DNA of 64,000 nucleotides from a virus (IMGVR_UViG_3300042375_000420:381-64380), one strand, 5' to 3'; positions 28,101 to 39,095 are shown, counted from the stretch's first letter. Notes: generated by a model from the sequence alone, not told the origin. Numbers and translations: made by a program.

Positions 28101-31100
28101 ACATCAAAGAAATCACTAGCTAGGATACCTTTACTATTCTTGATTTGCTTGTTGTATTCTTTAATACTTGGTTGAGAAAGTAGTAAGTAAGGAAGAGCCA
28201 TTTTTTGTTTCTCTTTCATTCCTGGTACTTTCACTAAGTCAGTATCAAAACCAAGTAAAGTCAATAATGAATCCACATTAATAGTTTGATCATTAACTCC
28301 TACTCTACCTAAGATTTGCTCTTTCTCATTATCTGTTGCAGTATTTTCTTTTTCAGCAAATATCTCAGAAACTGTTCTTTTTAGTCCTTTCCAATTTGCT
28401 TCAGAAATATGAGAAGGTTTCAAGGATTCTAATAAACCTAATCTACCTTTAGAAGTTATTCCTCCAATTGTAATCTCAGTATCTAAAGATACCTCAACAC
28501 CTTGTTGTTGAATAAGTCCTGCCATAGTAGTATAATTTGCATATACTCCAATAGCTGTTTTACCAATAGAACCTAAGTCCATTTTCATTTTTTGATAGCT
28601 GTAAGACAAGACAGTATTATAACTTTGATTTGTATAATACTCTTGTTCAGCATCTTCCATTGTCATACCTAAGTCTACAAACTTGGCAACTTCTTTTGCC
28701 TTATTACCATCTTCTACAGCTTTCTCAAACATTTTAGCTTGATCTTGAGCAAAAGACATAGATAATACTTTGTTGATTTTATTTTGTACTTGATTATCAG
28801 GGTTATTAAATACAGCCAAGTGAGATTTAATAAAACTATTTTCAGCCATTTGACTAGCTATTTTAGTATCCAAAGCTTTTTGAATACTTCTCATAGAGTG
28901 ATTAATATCTTTGATACTTGATTTAGAATCTTTTACCATTACCCAAAGACCTTCAACCTCTGATTGAAGTTCATTCATGTAAGGGATGTTACTAGCTACT
29001 TTAAGTTTTCCTTGAAGAGCATCTAACTCTGCTTCAATTTCAGCAATAGTTTCAAAGTCTCTACCTCTGTAGAATTGAAGTTCTTTTATAGAGTCTTTTG
29101 TTCTTTGTACATACTCATCATTTACCTCTTTAATTTTACCTTCAGAATCCATATAATGATTTAATTGATAAGTGTTTTCCTTATCAACGTCAAAATCTAA
29201 ACCTTTTTGTTTAGTAAAGTTTTTAGGTACTATCATAAGTTCTCCCATTTCAGGAGGTAATATACCTGCTATTTCAATACTTGAACCAGATACATGGGAA
29301 GAAGTAGGAGTTCTAAAAGAAAACATATTCATAAGATTTTCATCTATCATATCTTCTTTCAATCCAAGAGTACCATTATCTCTTCTAATCAAGTATTTAG
29401 CTTTAGAAACATCTCCTGTTTCATTATCATATCCTTCAAATAGATTAACTAATTCTCCTGTACTAGGATTCTTAAAGTAAGATCTAACAAATACTTGTGC
29501 TTTTTTAAACATAGGAGTTCCATCCACATCTTCAACAGAAGTTCCACCAAGTTCTTTACCATTAAAGTTATTAAGATAAATGATTCTTGATTTAGTTCTT
29601 TCTTCAATTCCTTCAAGACTGTTTAATCCTTCTTTCATTTGAATTCCTGATTCAGACCCTGCTACATAAGCATTTCCTGAGATCTTGTGTTGCATTAACC
29701 TATTGGTTACAATAGAGTTCAACAAAGATTCATATCTGTTTTTATCAGAAGATAACCATAATGGAGTTTTAAATTCATAGAATACTCCTGAAGCCATAGC
29801 TAGTTCATCAATTTTTAATCCTGCAATAGATTTTAGACTGTATCCTCTTTTAATAGCTTCATTTTCAAGTAGTTTACCTAGACTGTAAATAAATTCTTTT
29901 TTATTTAAAATCTCTCCTTGAGGAGATAAACCTAGTTCTTCAAATAATTCTGTTCTTTTATGTCTAGCAAGTTCAGCAAAAGAGTCAGTATAATACTGAT
30001 GTAATTCTCTTCCTGTCATAGGTTTACCATCTATTTCAAACCCATTTAATTCAGTAATACCATCACCAAACAAAAGTTTAAAGAACTGAGTACCCATAGA
30101 TATTTTATCTGCCTTAGTCTTTTCAGATTTAACAGGAACATCTTGTTGGATTCTAAAGTTATTTCTATCTAAGATTAAGACCTTAGCATTAATATCTCCT
30201 TCAGCATACTCTTTAATACCTTCTAAAGAATACTTATCAAAAGGATTGATAGTTGTTCTTGTGGCTCCCACTTTATTAGCAGATTGGAAAGAAGCTCTAG
30301 TGAATCTACCAGTAGATTTTTCTAACTCTTCCATTTTAATTCTTAGTCCTTCTAACTTGGTGCCTTTTGTAAATTCTGGCAATAATGGGTATGAAGAAGA
30401 CTTAATATAAACATATCTGTTTACATCTGCTGTAGTATCTGCATAAGAACCTGTATGAACAGGTTTAATAGGTTGCATGATTACTTTTAGATCTTCTCTA
30501 GCCAAAGCTTGTCCTGCCTCTAATTTGGCCTCAATAGCCTTCATTTTAGCAGTTGTCAATCTTCCTTGTTTATTTAGAATATTAATATGCTCTCTAACTG
30601 TAGTATACTCTTGAGCATCAGTAGATTCAATATTAAAATAATCTGCTATAACAGGAAAAGCTTTTTGAAGATTGTGTCTTGTTAAAGACATGTCTTTTTT
30701 AGCTTTATCCACAGCAGGTACATCCATAACTTCTCCAATTTCATATCTGTGCACTAGGTCTGCATTCTTACTATAATCATTAAGTAAAGTCTTAATTGCT
30801 GGAGTTAAAGCTTCTTTACCATAGTGTAGAGAAATCAAATACTCTGCATTTGGAGCAATATCTGCACTATCTGTTAAGAAGATCTGATTGTATTTTCTGA
30901 ATTTTGGATCTGCAGAACCAGCTATTTTGTTCCCTGGTGCAGCTAAAGCAGCTAATCTTTTACCAAGATTCACTCCAATACCCTTATTAAGATTTATCCA
31001 ATCTTCATTAGTGTACTCATTTAAAGGCACTTTATTTCCATTCTCATCTTGTTTGAAAAGTTTATTTTGAGAATACATTGCCATATCTCCTGCAAAAACT

Positions 31101-34100
31101 TTAAACATTTCTGAGTTATGTAACATACCATTAATTACAACATCATAAATAGCCTTGTTGTAATCTGCAGCTGGATTTTTCTTAACTTCTGTAAAGTAAG
31201 AAACAGAAAACATCTTAGACCCAACTTTAGGAGTAAAGTGTTCTTTCCATAATTCTTTTTTAGCTCTTGTTTCAGTATCTACAACCTTAGCAATAACTTC
31301 TTCAAACTGAAGTTTATACTTTGCTTTTACTATTTCTGGAGTTAGATTAGGAAGCGTAGCCAATTCATCTAAAATACTTAATCCTTTAGAATCTTGTAAA
31401 GCATTTAAAGCAGGGATTAAATGAAATATTTCAGCTCCTCTATCATAATCTTTGATATTAGTTTGTTTAACAGAAGCATGGTATTTTATAATTCTTTTTA
31501 CTTCAGGCATAACAAGTTGCTCAATCAAGACATCTTTTAATCTATTTGACATAGTGATCTCTCCTTGCTCATTTTCTTGTAACTCATCTCCTCTAAGAAG
31601 ATCTAAACCTATAGTATCTATGTAGTAAGCCTTAGATTTATCAGACATAGTAGGAGAAAGCATTCTCATTACTCTAGCATGAATACCACTTATCTTTTCA
31701 GAAGTAGTAAGTTGTTTAATCTTTCTATCTCCAAATTGACCATTAACATTAAAGTCATAATCTACTTCACCTAAATCTGTAATACTTCTTCTATCAGCAG
31801 AATCTTCTCCTCTTTCTTTAAGAGTCATAATAGCAGCATGAGACACTTTAAAAAGGTCTTTAAAAGAAGTGCCCTCTCTCTGTAAAAAATCTAAGATAAG
31901 AGAGTTTTCAGAAAAAGATAAAGCTTGTAAGTCTTGAACTAAAGTATTATCTTCTTGACCTAAAGAGTCTAGCAAGTCATTAACTTTATCAGACATAAAT
32001 GTTTCTGGAGTTTGAGTAAAGATTGTTTTATCTCCATCTCTATATGTTAAAGAAACCAAGTTAGTATTATAAATAGCTTCTATCTTAGCCAAAGACTTGA
32101 ACATACCTGATAATTCTTTAAAGACATTTTTATCTTCATTGTGAACATAACTTGTAGGATTAGCTTTTGCTTCTCTTAAGAAGTTTACTATTGGTAAAAA
32201 TATACCTTGACTCTTATCAAATAAAAGATTGTTGTAACTGTATCCTTTATCTTTAATTCCTTCAGTAACTATTTTATCCCAAGCAGCATCAGTAAAACCT
32301 ATACCCAATTTATTTAACCATGCTCTATGATTATCAGGAGTATTGTTTTCTCCTTTTAACCATTCTTCATAAGTATCAATTAAGTTTCCAGCAGTTGTAG
32401 TATTAATAGTTAAATTTCTATTATACACTGAAGAAGTTCTATTATTGTTTTTCCACTTGTTTTCAATAACTCTTGTAGCTTCATTTGCATTAGTCTCATA
32501 AGACTTCAACTCAGATAACTCTCCTAAATCTTGATACATAGTAAAGTTTGAAGTCATACTATGTTTTACAAAAGTATATAAGAATTGATTCTTAGTTTGT
32601 TCATCAGCAGTCTTTAACTTAACCAATATGTCTTTTGTAAAAGGTACTTCAGAAGTCTCTAGTCTTTTTATTAAAGCATCATAATTAGAAGGCAAATCAG
32701 AACCTAAAGAAAGAACTTTAGTCAATTCATTAAAGATTTCATTAAAAGTATAGTACTTAGGTAAACCTAAATAACCTGTTTGAATAGTACCTTTAGAATC
32801 TCTTTTTTGCACTCCATGCATAAAGTTTCTAAGAATAGTACCAACACTTAATTTACTATTTTCTTCAACAGAATCTTTATTATAACTTTTTTCATTTAAA
32901 GCATCTTCTACTTCTTCTCCATCTTCTATCTCTGTCTTAGATTGTTTTTCAAAATCTAAAGCAGCTCTTTTAAATAGAACTTTATAATCTGTTTCTACAG
33001 AGTCAATATTCTTAAGGGCATCAGTGTAAGCATTAACAAAAGCTCTCTTTTCAGCAGTATCTTCTGTCTGACTTAAAACAGTATTAAGATTAGCTTGGAT
33101 AGCTTTTCTTACTTCTGCCAAAGTAGAAAGTAATTTATCTTTAGTTTCTTGTTCTACTGCTCTTTCTTTCTTATTAAATACTCTACCTTCTTCATCTATA
33201 TATTGTCTACTCTCTGCAATAGCATGAGTTACATATTGTCTAATATCTTGTTCTTGAGGAGTAGTAAGTCCTGCAATAGAAATTAGTAAAGATTGTAAAG
33301 GAGTTGTATCATTAGCAATCATAGCTTCACCATCTTCAAACTCTTGATAAGAATCTATATCAATACCTAAAGTAGCTGCAAAATCATATTGCTCTGTTGC
33401 ATTAAATGCAGGTGTGTTACCTAATAGAGTATCATTATTTACAACCTCAATAACTTTTTCTGCTTCATTTTGAGGAGTAACTCCTTCTACAGGAGAATAT
33501 TGTATATTGATAATAGGTTGAACAGCTGTTATGTAATTAGGTTTTTCTGCTGTGCCAATATTAAAAGACAAAACATTAGTCATTAAATTACTCTTTAAAT
33601 ACTGAGAGTACCCCATATTTAGTGGAGTTACTTGTCCATTAATTATGTGTATAGCAGATTTAAAATCTCCTTTTTTAAGTAAAGATTCTTTTGTATGTTG
33701 AACAAAACCTACTAGATTATTCTTTTTAGCTGCTTCATCAAGTAATTCAGCATCCATACCTAGATTATCTTTAATAAGATTTTTTTGGTAATATGCAACT
33801 TGATTTTTAGCAGGTTTATTAGACAACTGTAAAAAACTTTCTACAAAAGTTAATATGTCAGTAGGGTCAAAAATATCTAAACCAGTATGGTTAAGTACTT
33901 GTTCTCTAATATTTTGAGCCTGATCATCAGTCATTGAAGTCCAAGGAGTTACTGTAGTCAAGTAAGAAGTAAATCTATTCTTAACTGCATTAGCAGCTAG
34001 GGCCCATTTAACTGTCTCTAATTGCTCTTCTGTTACTTTTCTTTGGACATGAAAAGCTCTATAAGTATTTACTAAAGTCCCATCAGGTCTTTGCATCTTA

Positions 34101-37100
34101 CCTTCTCTTCTTATCTCCCAAGTTCTACTATCATACTTTAATCTTCCATCTGCAGTTCTTTCAGAAAAGTCTGCTTCATTAAGTATAACTCCATCTTTGA
34201 ATTCTTGTTTATTACCAATAGAGATTTTTTCTCCTACTTGAACAGCAATAATACTTTGAGGATTGTTACTTTCTAGACTAACTAAAGAATTGTCACCCAC
34301 TGTTTGGAATACACTAGTAGGAGTTCTTTTTATAGTTACTTCTCTTAGACCTCCTTTTAGTATAGTTTGTCTTAAGTTTTGAGTTCCTTCTTTTCCTTTT
34401 TGAATTTCACTTGCCCACTCTCCCAAAGGTCTGTGAGGATTAATATCTAATCCAGTAGGGTCAGCCACATTGTAACCATTATACCAATCAGAATCATGAA
34501 CTGTAGCAATTCTTTTTCCTTGGTAAGTATAATAAATTGGTACTTTGGCATCAATTTCTTCTTGAGTTCTAGGTTTTTCTGCTAACCACTTATCAAAAGT
34601 TGTAAGTATTACTTTTCCTTCAGGAGTTCTTCCATTAGAAACTGTAATATCTTTCCATTCATTTTCTGTAGCTATTTCAATACCCACAGTATCTCCAGTT
34701 TGTAATCCTTCAGGATCCAATAAAGGAGTTATATTTACACCATTACTCTTATTAGTATTAAGAATAGGGATGCTTATTTTTCTGTATGTGCCATCTTCAT
34801 TTTCTTCTGTGTATTCTAAAGAAGAATACCCCATCTTAGGTAACATGTTAGCAGTTCTTTGAGTATCAATAACTGTCTCTACAACTTGTTCAGAGATTTC
34901 TCTATTAGATTCATCTTGTCCTACTATTCTACTAGATACCAAAGCTGCTGCTTGTACATTGTCATTTTCCTCTCTTACTTCTATAGCAGGATGAGTAGTT
35001 GGCATTGTAGGGACTACAGGAGCCACAGGAGTTACAATATTTCCATCTTGGAAATCCATAGTAGCTAAGACATCAAAGATGGCTGCAGGACTATACATTA
35101 CACTAAAGGTTTCTGTAAAATCTTCAAGAGGATACAGAGTATCTCCATATTTTGCATTTAATGCAATCCAAGCAGAAGACATGGCTCCAAAGTTTTTTTG
35201 AACATCATCAAGCATTCCTTTTGACTTATAATGGTCAAAGATTTCTCTAAAAGTAATTCTGTTTCCAGTCTTATCTTCATAAAGTTGAGTCATACCTTCT
35301 AAAGTATCTTGAATTTGTTTTAAAAACTCTTCAGGATAAACTTTACCAAGCATAGGTTCTCCATCAAAAAATGTTGTATCTGCTGGAACTGAGATTTGTG
35401 TACTAGGAGTAGACTTATTCAATAAAGGAGTGATTAATTTATCATATTTATCATAAGTTTCAGCTAATTTTGCATCTTTTATATCTATTAGTTTTTGCCA
35501 AGCAACATCATCTCCAAATGTTATTTTTTGAAAATTATCTTGATATTCTTTTTCTATTTTAGCATTCTCAACTTGCTCTTCTGCTCTTAAGTCAGCAACT
35601 TGTTGCTCATTAGTTTTAGAAGTTGTTTGAGTAGTAGATGCAGATACAGATAAATCTATAGGTTGAGATATAACATCTTGTGTTCCTACTGTAATAGTAG
35701 GGTCAACAGTAAAACCTTGATGAGCTAAACCAAATGCAGCATCTAAATCTGGATTTGAGTTTATAGCACTTGTAGGCAATTCAGTATCATCTACATAACC
35801 ACTAACTTGTACATCATCATCTTCAGGCATAGTAACTAGTTCTGAAGATAAAGAAGCATCCTCATTAACAGGAATTTTATTATCTTCAATTTTTTGACTT
35901 TGACTAATTAATAAATCTTTGATAGTAGCATTTCTTTCAACTTTAGCTCTTTCAATTTTATTATCCTTAAGTTCTTTTAAGTCTTCTGCAGAAATCATAG
36001 TACCATAAGTATCTTCAATGTGTTGTATAATAGCCTTAGCTTTTTTAACAGCATTTAATCCACTTGGTTGTTCTTTTTCTTCAACATTACTTATTCCAGG
36101 TAATACTAATTCTCCTTTTTCAATGTCTTGTTCAACTAACTCATACTCATCTTTTAAAGACTGTTTAGCTTTAAGTCTATCTTGTCTATCAGGAGCAAGT
36201 TCATCATTAAGAATTTTTTTGTTTTCAGCTACATCTAATTCTGCAGCTCTTCTCATTTTAATATTAGCCACAAGATTTTGAACAGCCATATTATTTTCTT
36301 TCTTTGGGTCAAGTAATTCATCCAAAGTTTCTTCATAACTAGCTTTTTCTTCTTCAGAAGCAAATTCTTTAGTTAATAAACTACTAGGAGTAAAATCAAA
36401 AGATTTACCTGTTCTTTTTTTATAAGCTTCAATTTCTTCTCTAGCTTGTTCTTCTAAAATAATAGCTTGTCCTTCTAACTTTCTAATATTATCTTGATGC
36501 AATCCTGCATATACAGTAGCATTTAGAATCTCAGCAAAGTTTTCTTTGTCAGAGTGTTCTTGGTGTGTCTTATGAATAGCATCTACTTGATTTGCAACTT
36601 GTAAAGCATTTTGTTTAAAGGTATCAGGAATATCTTTTCTGTTCAATAAGTTATCCATAGATTCTTTATAAGAACCCATCTTACCTAACCTAGCAGCTTG
36701 TTGAGCCATATTGATAAACATTCTTTGCTCTAGTTGATCTGCAGCTGCATGTTTACCTACTTCTCTTAAGTTATTACTAACAATTCTATAGTCTACAGGA
36801 CTACCTAACTTTTGACCTGAAGCCAAAGCAAGTGCCTTTTTTTCATCTTCAGAAATATCTATATTTTCTAAATCTGCTAATAGTTTTGAGTAATTAGTTT
36901 TATCTTTTGAATAAGCTCTAGCTCTACTTGCTGCTCCAATACTTTGAAAACCAACTCCCATTACAGCAGTTTGAGCTACTACATCTCTATAAAAACTTAG
37001 TTTACCTAGTTCTTTTACATTTTCTTTATACTGAGCACCTGTTTGATTTAAAGCTGGCATTGCCTGAACAAAGATTTCTTCAAGAGCTTCTTCAGGAATA

Positions 37101-39061
37101 CCTTGAATTAACCCTTCTCCAGATTCTTTTCCAATTTTTTCAAAACTTGCTCTACCTAAAGTAAGATTATTTACAGCAGTTGTTAATTTTTTAAAGGGAG
37201 CATTAGCTTTAGTAATTAAATTTCCAGTAGCATCTAATAGTCCTCCAGCTTTTGGTATTAACTTTACCCCTGCTCTAAGACCTTTACCTGCAGCTTGAAC
37301 TCCTCTTCCTACATAACCTTCTGAGAAGGCTTCTTTCATGTATTCTCCTGTAGCATATAGTAAAGAACTAGCTTCACTCTTAGGTATAAAAGAATCCCAT
37401 TCAGCTTGAAGGGCATTTCTTTTACTTTCAAGGTCACTTTTCTTTTCAGAGTCTTTTTCTAATTCAATTAATTTATCCAAAGATTTTAATTGGTCTTTGT
37501 AGTAAGGACTTTTCATTTCATAAAGTTCATCCTTAACTACATATCTTGTCTTACCATCTTTTTCAACTACACTTTCTACTCCACCTATTTGATCTGAAGT
37601 ATAAGCTTTATAGAACATAGGAGAAATAGGTGCTTGAACTAAAAGACCTGTTCCTGCAGCTAAACTTCTTTCTGCTATTTCTTTACTAGCAGTACCTAAA
37701 GAAGAAAGAGTTCCTTTTTTAATACTTTGTTTTAATAGGCCTCTTAATCCTATTTTCATTTCTTCTTCAAGACCTTTTTCTAATCCAGCTCTAACACCTT
37801 TTTTAACTCCACCTTTGATTAAAGCAGTAACTCCTTGTTTGGCAACAGCACCTGCACCTCTAGTTAACATCATTTGAGCCATAAACCCAACAGAACCTCC
37901 TACACCAGCACCTAGATTATATCCAAAATTATTTTCATGTAATTTTAATCCATTTACATCATTTTCTAATTTATAAGCTTCAGCTACAGCATCTTCAGCT
38001 TCAGTCATAGTCTCTGGTTTTTGACCATTCTTCTTAGCTAAATAGATTCTATTAAGTTTATCAAATACTTCTTTAGCTCTAAAATCATTGACCATAGGTC
38101 TTAAACCAAAAGTTCCTACATCTTGACTTGTAGTAGAGATACCTGCAAAAAAATCTGTATTACCTTTTCTGTAATCAGAGATTTTTTCATTTAAGTCTTG
38201 GTGTTTACTGGCCACAGTTCTCCAATAAGCTTCTTCAGCAGTTTGTGTATAATTATCTTCACTACTGTTAGCTTTAGGTCCTACACTACCATCAGGATAA
38301 AACATAGGCTGAGAATCATCCTTTAGTTTTTTCTGTTTAAGTTCTTCAGCTTTAGCCAAAGCTGTTTGATGCATTAGTCTACCTCTTTCTTCTAAAGGAG
38401 CTAAAGCAGGTTCAATTTCTTTTCTTTTGTAATTTTGGAGTTCATTATATTTCTTTTCTTCAGCAGGAGTCATTCCCTTAAAGATAAGATTATCAAGTCC
38501 TTTATTTTTAAGCATCTTGTCTTCCCAAAGAGTATCATCAGTAAGACTTTGCATAAATTGGAAAGTAAAATCTTTAGTTCTTTCCCACAAAGTTTTACTT
38601 TCTAACTTATCTAATTCACTTTGAGTATCAGCAAATTTTATAACTTTTTCTTGAGCAAGTTTTTCATTGCCAGTTTCTTTTGCAATATTGTCTTTTAACT
38701 CTTTGATAACAGGATTAGCTTCAATAGCAAGAAGTTTTTCAGCTTTCTTTTTTGCAATCATTGCCTCATACTTGGCCTGATTCATTTGTCCTTGTTCTCT
38801 TTGAGATGTATATGCACTAGCAGTAGCTATATTACTAGAGGACAAAGTACCTGTACCACTTCCAAAAAGATTTTCAAGTTCATCATCATCTACACCTTGC
38901 ATAGTGACATCCCCTAACTGAGCATTAGGAGTAAATTTTTCTCTTGCTTCTGCTATAGTTTTACCAATACCTGTATTTGCAGCTTGGTGTATTCCTTCTA
39001 CACTAAAAGGGTCTATAGTATTTTCTTTTTTTCTAATAGGTGATTTAGGATTTAAGCCCAT
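25121..39061 (-). CDS. Virion-packaged crAss-like RNA polymerase, fused to a long N-terminal region and a C-terminal zincin domain
   Basis: 4646 aa; catalytic GLDFDVDK (DFDVD at 29183-29197), FSFRTPTSSHVS, TDAQEY, QPIKPV, IKSSSYPL; HEILH near 26225-26240. Confidence 0.88.
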   Translation of the reverse strand: MGLNPKSPIRKKENTIDPFSVEGIHQAANTGIGKTIAEAREKFTPNAQLGDVTMQGVDDDELENLFGSGTGTLSSSNIATASAYTSQREQGQMNQAKYEAMIAKKKAEKLLAIEANPVIKELKDNIAKETGNEKLAQEKVIKFADTQSELDKLESKTLWERTKDFTFQFMQSLTDDTLWEDKMLKNKGLDNLIFKGMTPAEEKKYNELQNYKRKEIEPALAPLEERGRLMHQTALAKAEELKQKKLKDDSQPMFYPDGSVGPKANSSEDNYTQTAEEAYWRTVASKHQDLNEKISDYRKGNTDFFAGISTTSQDVGTFGLRPMVNDFRAKEVFDKLNRIYLAKKNGQKPETMTEAEDAVAEAYKLENDVNGLKLHENNFGYNLGAGVGGSVGFMAQMMLTRGAGAVAKQGVTALIKGGVKKGVRAGLEKGLEEEMKIGLRGLLKQSIKKGTLSSLGTASKEIAERSLAAGTGLLVQAPISPMFYKAYTSDQIGGVESVVEKDGKTRYVVKDELYEMKSPYYKDQLKSLDKLIELEKDSEKKSDLESKRNALQAEWDSFIPKSEASSLLYATGEYMKEAFSEGYVGRGVQAAGKGLRAGVKLIPKAGGLLDATGNLITKANAPFKKLTTAVNNLTLGRASFEKIGKESGEGLIQGIPEEALEEIFVQAMPALNQTGAQYKENVKELGKLSFYRDVVAQTAVMGVGFQSIGAASRARAYSKDKTNYSKLLADLENIDISEDEKKALALASGQKLGSPVDYRIVSNNLREVGKHAAADQLEQRMFINMAQQAARLGKMGSYKESMDNLLNRKDIPDTFKQNALQVANQVDAIHKTHQEHSDKENFAEILNATVYAGLHQDNIRKLEGQAIILEEQAREEIEAYKKRTGKSFDFTPSSLLTKEFASEEEKASYEETLDELLDPKKENNMAVQNLVANIKMRRAAELDVAENKKILNDELAPDRQDRLKAKQSLKDEYELVEQDIEKGELVLPGISNVEEKEQPSGLNAVKKAKAIIQHIEDTYGTMISAEDLKELKDNKIERAKVERNATIKDLLISQSQKIEDNKIPVNEDASLSSELVTMPEDDDVQVSGYVDDTELPTSAINSNPDLDAAFGLAHQGFTVDPTITVGTQDVISQPIDLSVSASTTQTTSKTNEQQVADLRAEEQVENAKIEKEYQDNFQKITFGDDVAWQKLIDIKDAKLAETYDKYDKLITPLLNKSTPSTQISVPADTTFFDGEPMLGKVYPEEFLKQIQDTLEGMTQLYEDKTGNRITFREIFDHYKSKGMLDDVQKNFGAMSSAWIALNAKYGDTLYPLEDFTETFSVMYSPAAIFDVLATMDFQDGNIVTPVAPVVPTMPTTHPAIEVREENDNVQAAALVSSRIVGQDESNREISEQVVETVIDTQRTANMLPKMGYSSLEYTEENEDGTYRKISIPILNTNKSNGVNITPLLDPEGLQTGDTVGIEIATENEWKDITVSNGRTPEGKVILTTFDKWLAEKPRTQEEIDAKVPIYYTYQGKRIATVHDSDWYNGYNVADPTGLDINPHRPLGEWASEIQKGKEGTQNLRQTILKGGLREVTIKRTPTSVFQTVGDNSLVSLESNNPQSIIAVQVGEKISIGNKQEFKDGVILNEADFSERTADGRLKYDSRTWEIRREGKMQRPDGTLVNTYRAFHVQRKVTEEQLETVKWALAANAVKNRFTSYLTTVTPWTSMTDDQAQNIREQVLNHTGLDIFDPTDILTFVESFLQLSNKPAKNQVAYYQKNLIKDNLGMDAELLDEAAKKNNLVGFVQHTKESLLKKGDFKSAIHIINGQVTPLNMGYSQYLKSNLMTNVLSFNIGTAEKPNYITAVQPIINIQYSPVEGVTPQNEAEKVIEVVNNDTLLGNTPAFNATEQYDFAATLGIDIDSYQEFEDGEAMIANDTTPLQSLLISIAGLTTPQEQDIRQYVTHAIAESRQYIDEEGRVFNKKERAVEQETKDKLLSTLAEVRKAIQANLNTVLSQTEDTAEKRAFVNAYTDALKNIDSVETDYKVLFKRAALDFEKQSKTEIEDGEEVEDALNEKSYNKDSVEENSKLSVGTILRNFMHGVQKRDSKGTIQTGYLGLPKYYTFNEIFNELTKVLSLGSDLPSNYDALIKRLETSEVPFTKDILVKLKTADEQTKNQFLYTFVKHSMTSNFTMYQDLGELSELKSYETNANEATRVIENKWKNNNRTSSVYNRNLTINTTTAGNLIDTYEEWLKGENNTPDNHRAWLNKLGIGFTDAAWDKIVTEGIKDKGYSYNNLLFDKSQGIFLPIVNFLREAKANPTSYVHNEDKNVFKELSGMFKSLAKIEAIYNTNLVSLTYRDGDKTIFTQTPETFMSDKVNDLLDSLGQEDNTLVQDLQALSFSENSLILDFLQREGTSFKDLFKVSHAAIMTLKERGEDSADRRSITDLGEVDYDFNVNGQFGDRKIKQLTTSEKISGIHARVMRMLSPTMSDKSKAYYIDTIGLDLLRGDELQENEQGEITMSNRLKDVLIEQLVMPEVKRIIKYHASVKQTNIKDYDRGAEIFHLIPALNALQDSKGLSILDELATLPNLTPEIVKAKYKLQFEEVIAKVVDTETRAKKELWKEHFTPKVGSKMFSVSYFTEVKKNPAADYNKAIYDVVINGMLHNSEMFKVFAGDMAMYSQNKLFKQDENGNKVPLNEYTNEDWINLNKGIGVNLGKRLAALAAPGNKIAGSADPKFRKYNQIFLTDSADIAPNAEYLISLHYGKEALTPAIKTLLNDYSKNADLVHRYEIGEVMDVPAVDKAKKDMSLTRHNLQKAFPVIADYFNIESTDAQEYTTVREHINILNKQGRLTTAKMKAIEAKLEAGQALAREDLKVIMQPIKPVHTGSYADTTADVNRYVYIKSSSYPLLPEFTKGTKLEGLRIKMEELEKSTGRFTRASFQSANKVGATRTTINPFDKYSLEGIKEYAEGDINAKVLILDRNNFRIQQDVPVKSEKTKADKISMGTQFFKLLFGDGITELNGFEIDGKPMTGRELHQYYTDSFAELARHKRTELFEELGLSPQGEILNKKEFIYSLGKLLENEAIKRGYSLKSIAGLKIDELAMASGVFYEFKTPLWLSSDKNRYESLLNSIVTNRLMQHKISGNAYVAGSESGIQMKEGLNSLEGIEERTKSRIIYLNNFNGKELGGTSVEDVDGTPMFKKAQVFVRSYFKNPSTGELVNLFEGYDNETGDVSKAKYLIRRDNGTLGLKEDMIDENLMNMFSFRTPTSSHVSGSSIEIAGILPPEMGELMIVPKNFTKQKGLDFDVDKENTYQLNHYMDSEGKIKEVNDEYVQRTKDSIKELQFYRGRDFETIAEIEAELDALQGKLKVASNIPYMNELQSEVEGLWVMVKDSKSSIKDINHSMRSIQKALDTKIASQMAENSFIKSHLAVFNNPDNQVQNKINKVLSMSFAQDQAKMFEKAVEDGNKAKEVAKFVDLGMTMEDAEQEYYTNQSYNTVLSYSYQKMKMDLGSIGKTAIGVYANYTTMAGLIQQQGVEVSLDTEITIGGITSKGRLGLLESLKPSHISEANWKGLKRTVSEIFAEKENTATDNEKEQILGRVGVNDQTINVDSLLTLLGFDTDLVKVPGMKEKQKMALPYLLLSQPSIKEYNKQIKNSKGILASDFFDVSKLKKETVERLSVDSNNNPIITFGKDKSMSAIDPKNITTFRYVSTGLVYKPGKSLTGQTMYDGIASQGASNSMVQVDALITFLDLDKHARNVSKAQKVLNTNELGKSLVESSVSYRALANFPDSPIKNISKLLGEFEKNPAVITENMYKIGGYYVTPNTPQGHITIHGLQTGNTLFKSFFPYEDVGIKSVINQILLSQGLDPETMADSTYIKEFHKIMEEMIKYINSNPNNNTYIGETKAKRQETFVDSDTNTSISTYLRDLAGSVTNKRGVNAVLKNALYSRFSYTTGAEGELSLIKYNNTATDNLDEEILYNAIPELILSNLPLPPRNGKPYSTRQLGEDLVAYSFLEGGVQEATQFSKFIPVQLMEVMGQIENKGGKEVFVPINRKLQMFNNRENSPTFFDKALGIQETDIASFTRQYFQNNPRKAKRAWSKNVKFTEEGALLYETKQGKSPKFITYDTIQEGVKVSNLYENVGMNQYRRIDTVGQSGIKEYSYKQNEVTSIFNTSGTIEQVPEIIEETKILEAITMDGLTTPEALLEQIQNLNFSEDQKFLAETAKWLTPLLKEGLVNIQLSNTLYEKKGAAGFTSRPDSQGKILISIDADKFSQMSKEKGSELIIHEILHSVAVSHLTEYFDNSGTKTRTDVFIPPHVESLFQAYNAARKVYEGEVKALENKIAHNSVKGNPKIEFTDRELNVIYGLTNVFEFVSVAMTSEDFQKEFKGVPYLQSGKSILNKIEDFFVTMLDQIFPGLKEDSVARASILASMKFIQEERAKVPTKTVTQTSLPNANVVITYGKSIEVPLNERINQKLPATIVLDEDTSVDTKTLMGLSQLKEAGMYGESFDWNKYDDKLKNEEVTNEEVEELFKKEYGPAAFEYAQDKWGEDIAIAELEFLRDNPIEGAKIVEAWYNFSDTYYINDDIISHFADRIIKEVPEEFVDKNQTKLFEEEGEAMISNNLTTFDTSIENLGITQEEWDNLSQEEQDKIKKCN

Positions 39062-39087
39062 GCTGAAGATAATTAAAGATTATTATA

Positions 39088-39095
39088 CAAAGTTA
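39088..39095 (-). promoter_or_regulatory. Bacteroidota -7 element (TAACTTTG) upstream of the vRNAP gene
   Basis: TAnnTTTG match in the 45-nt intergenic gap. Confidence 0.55.
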
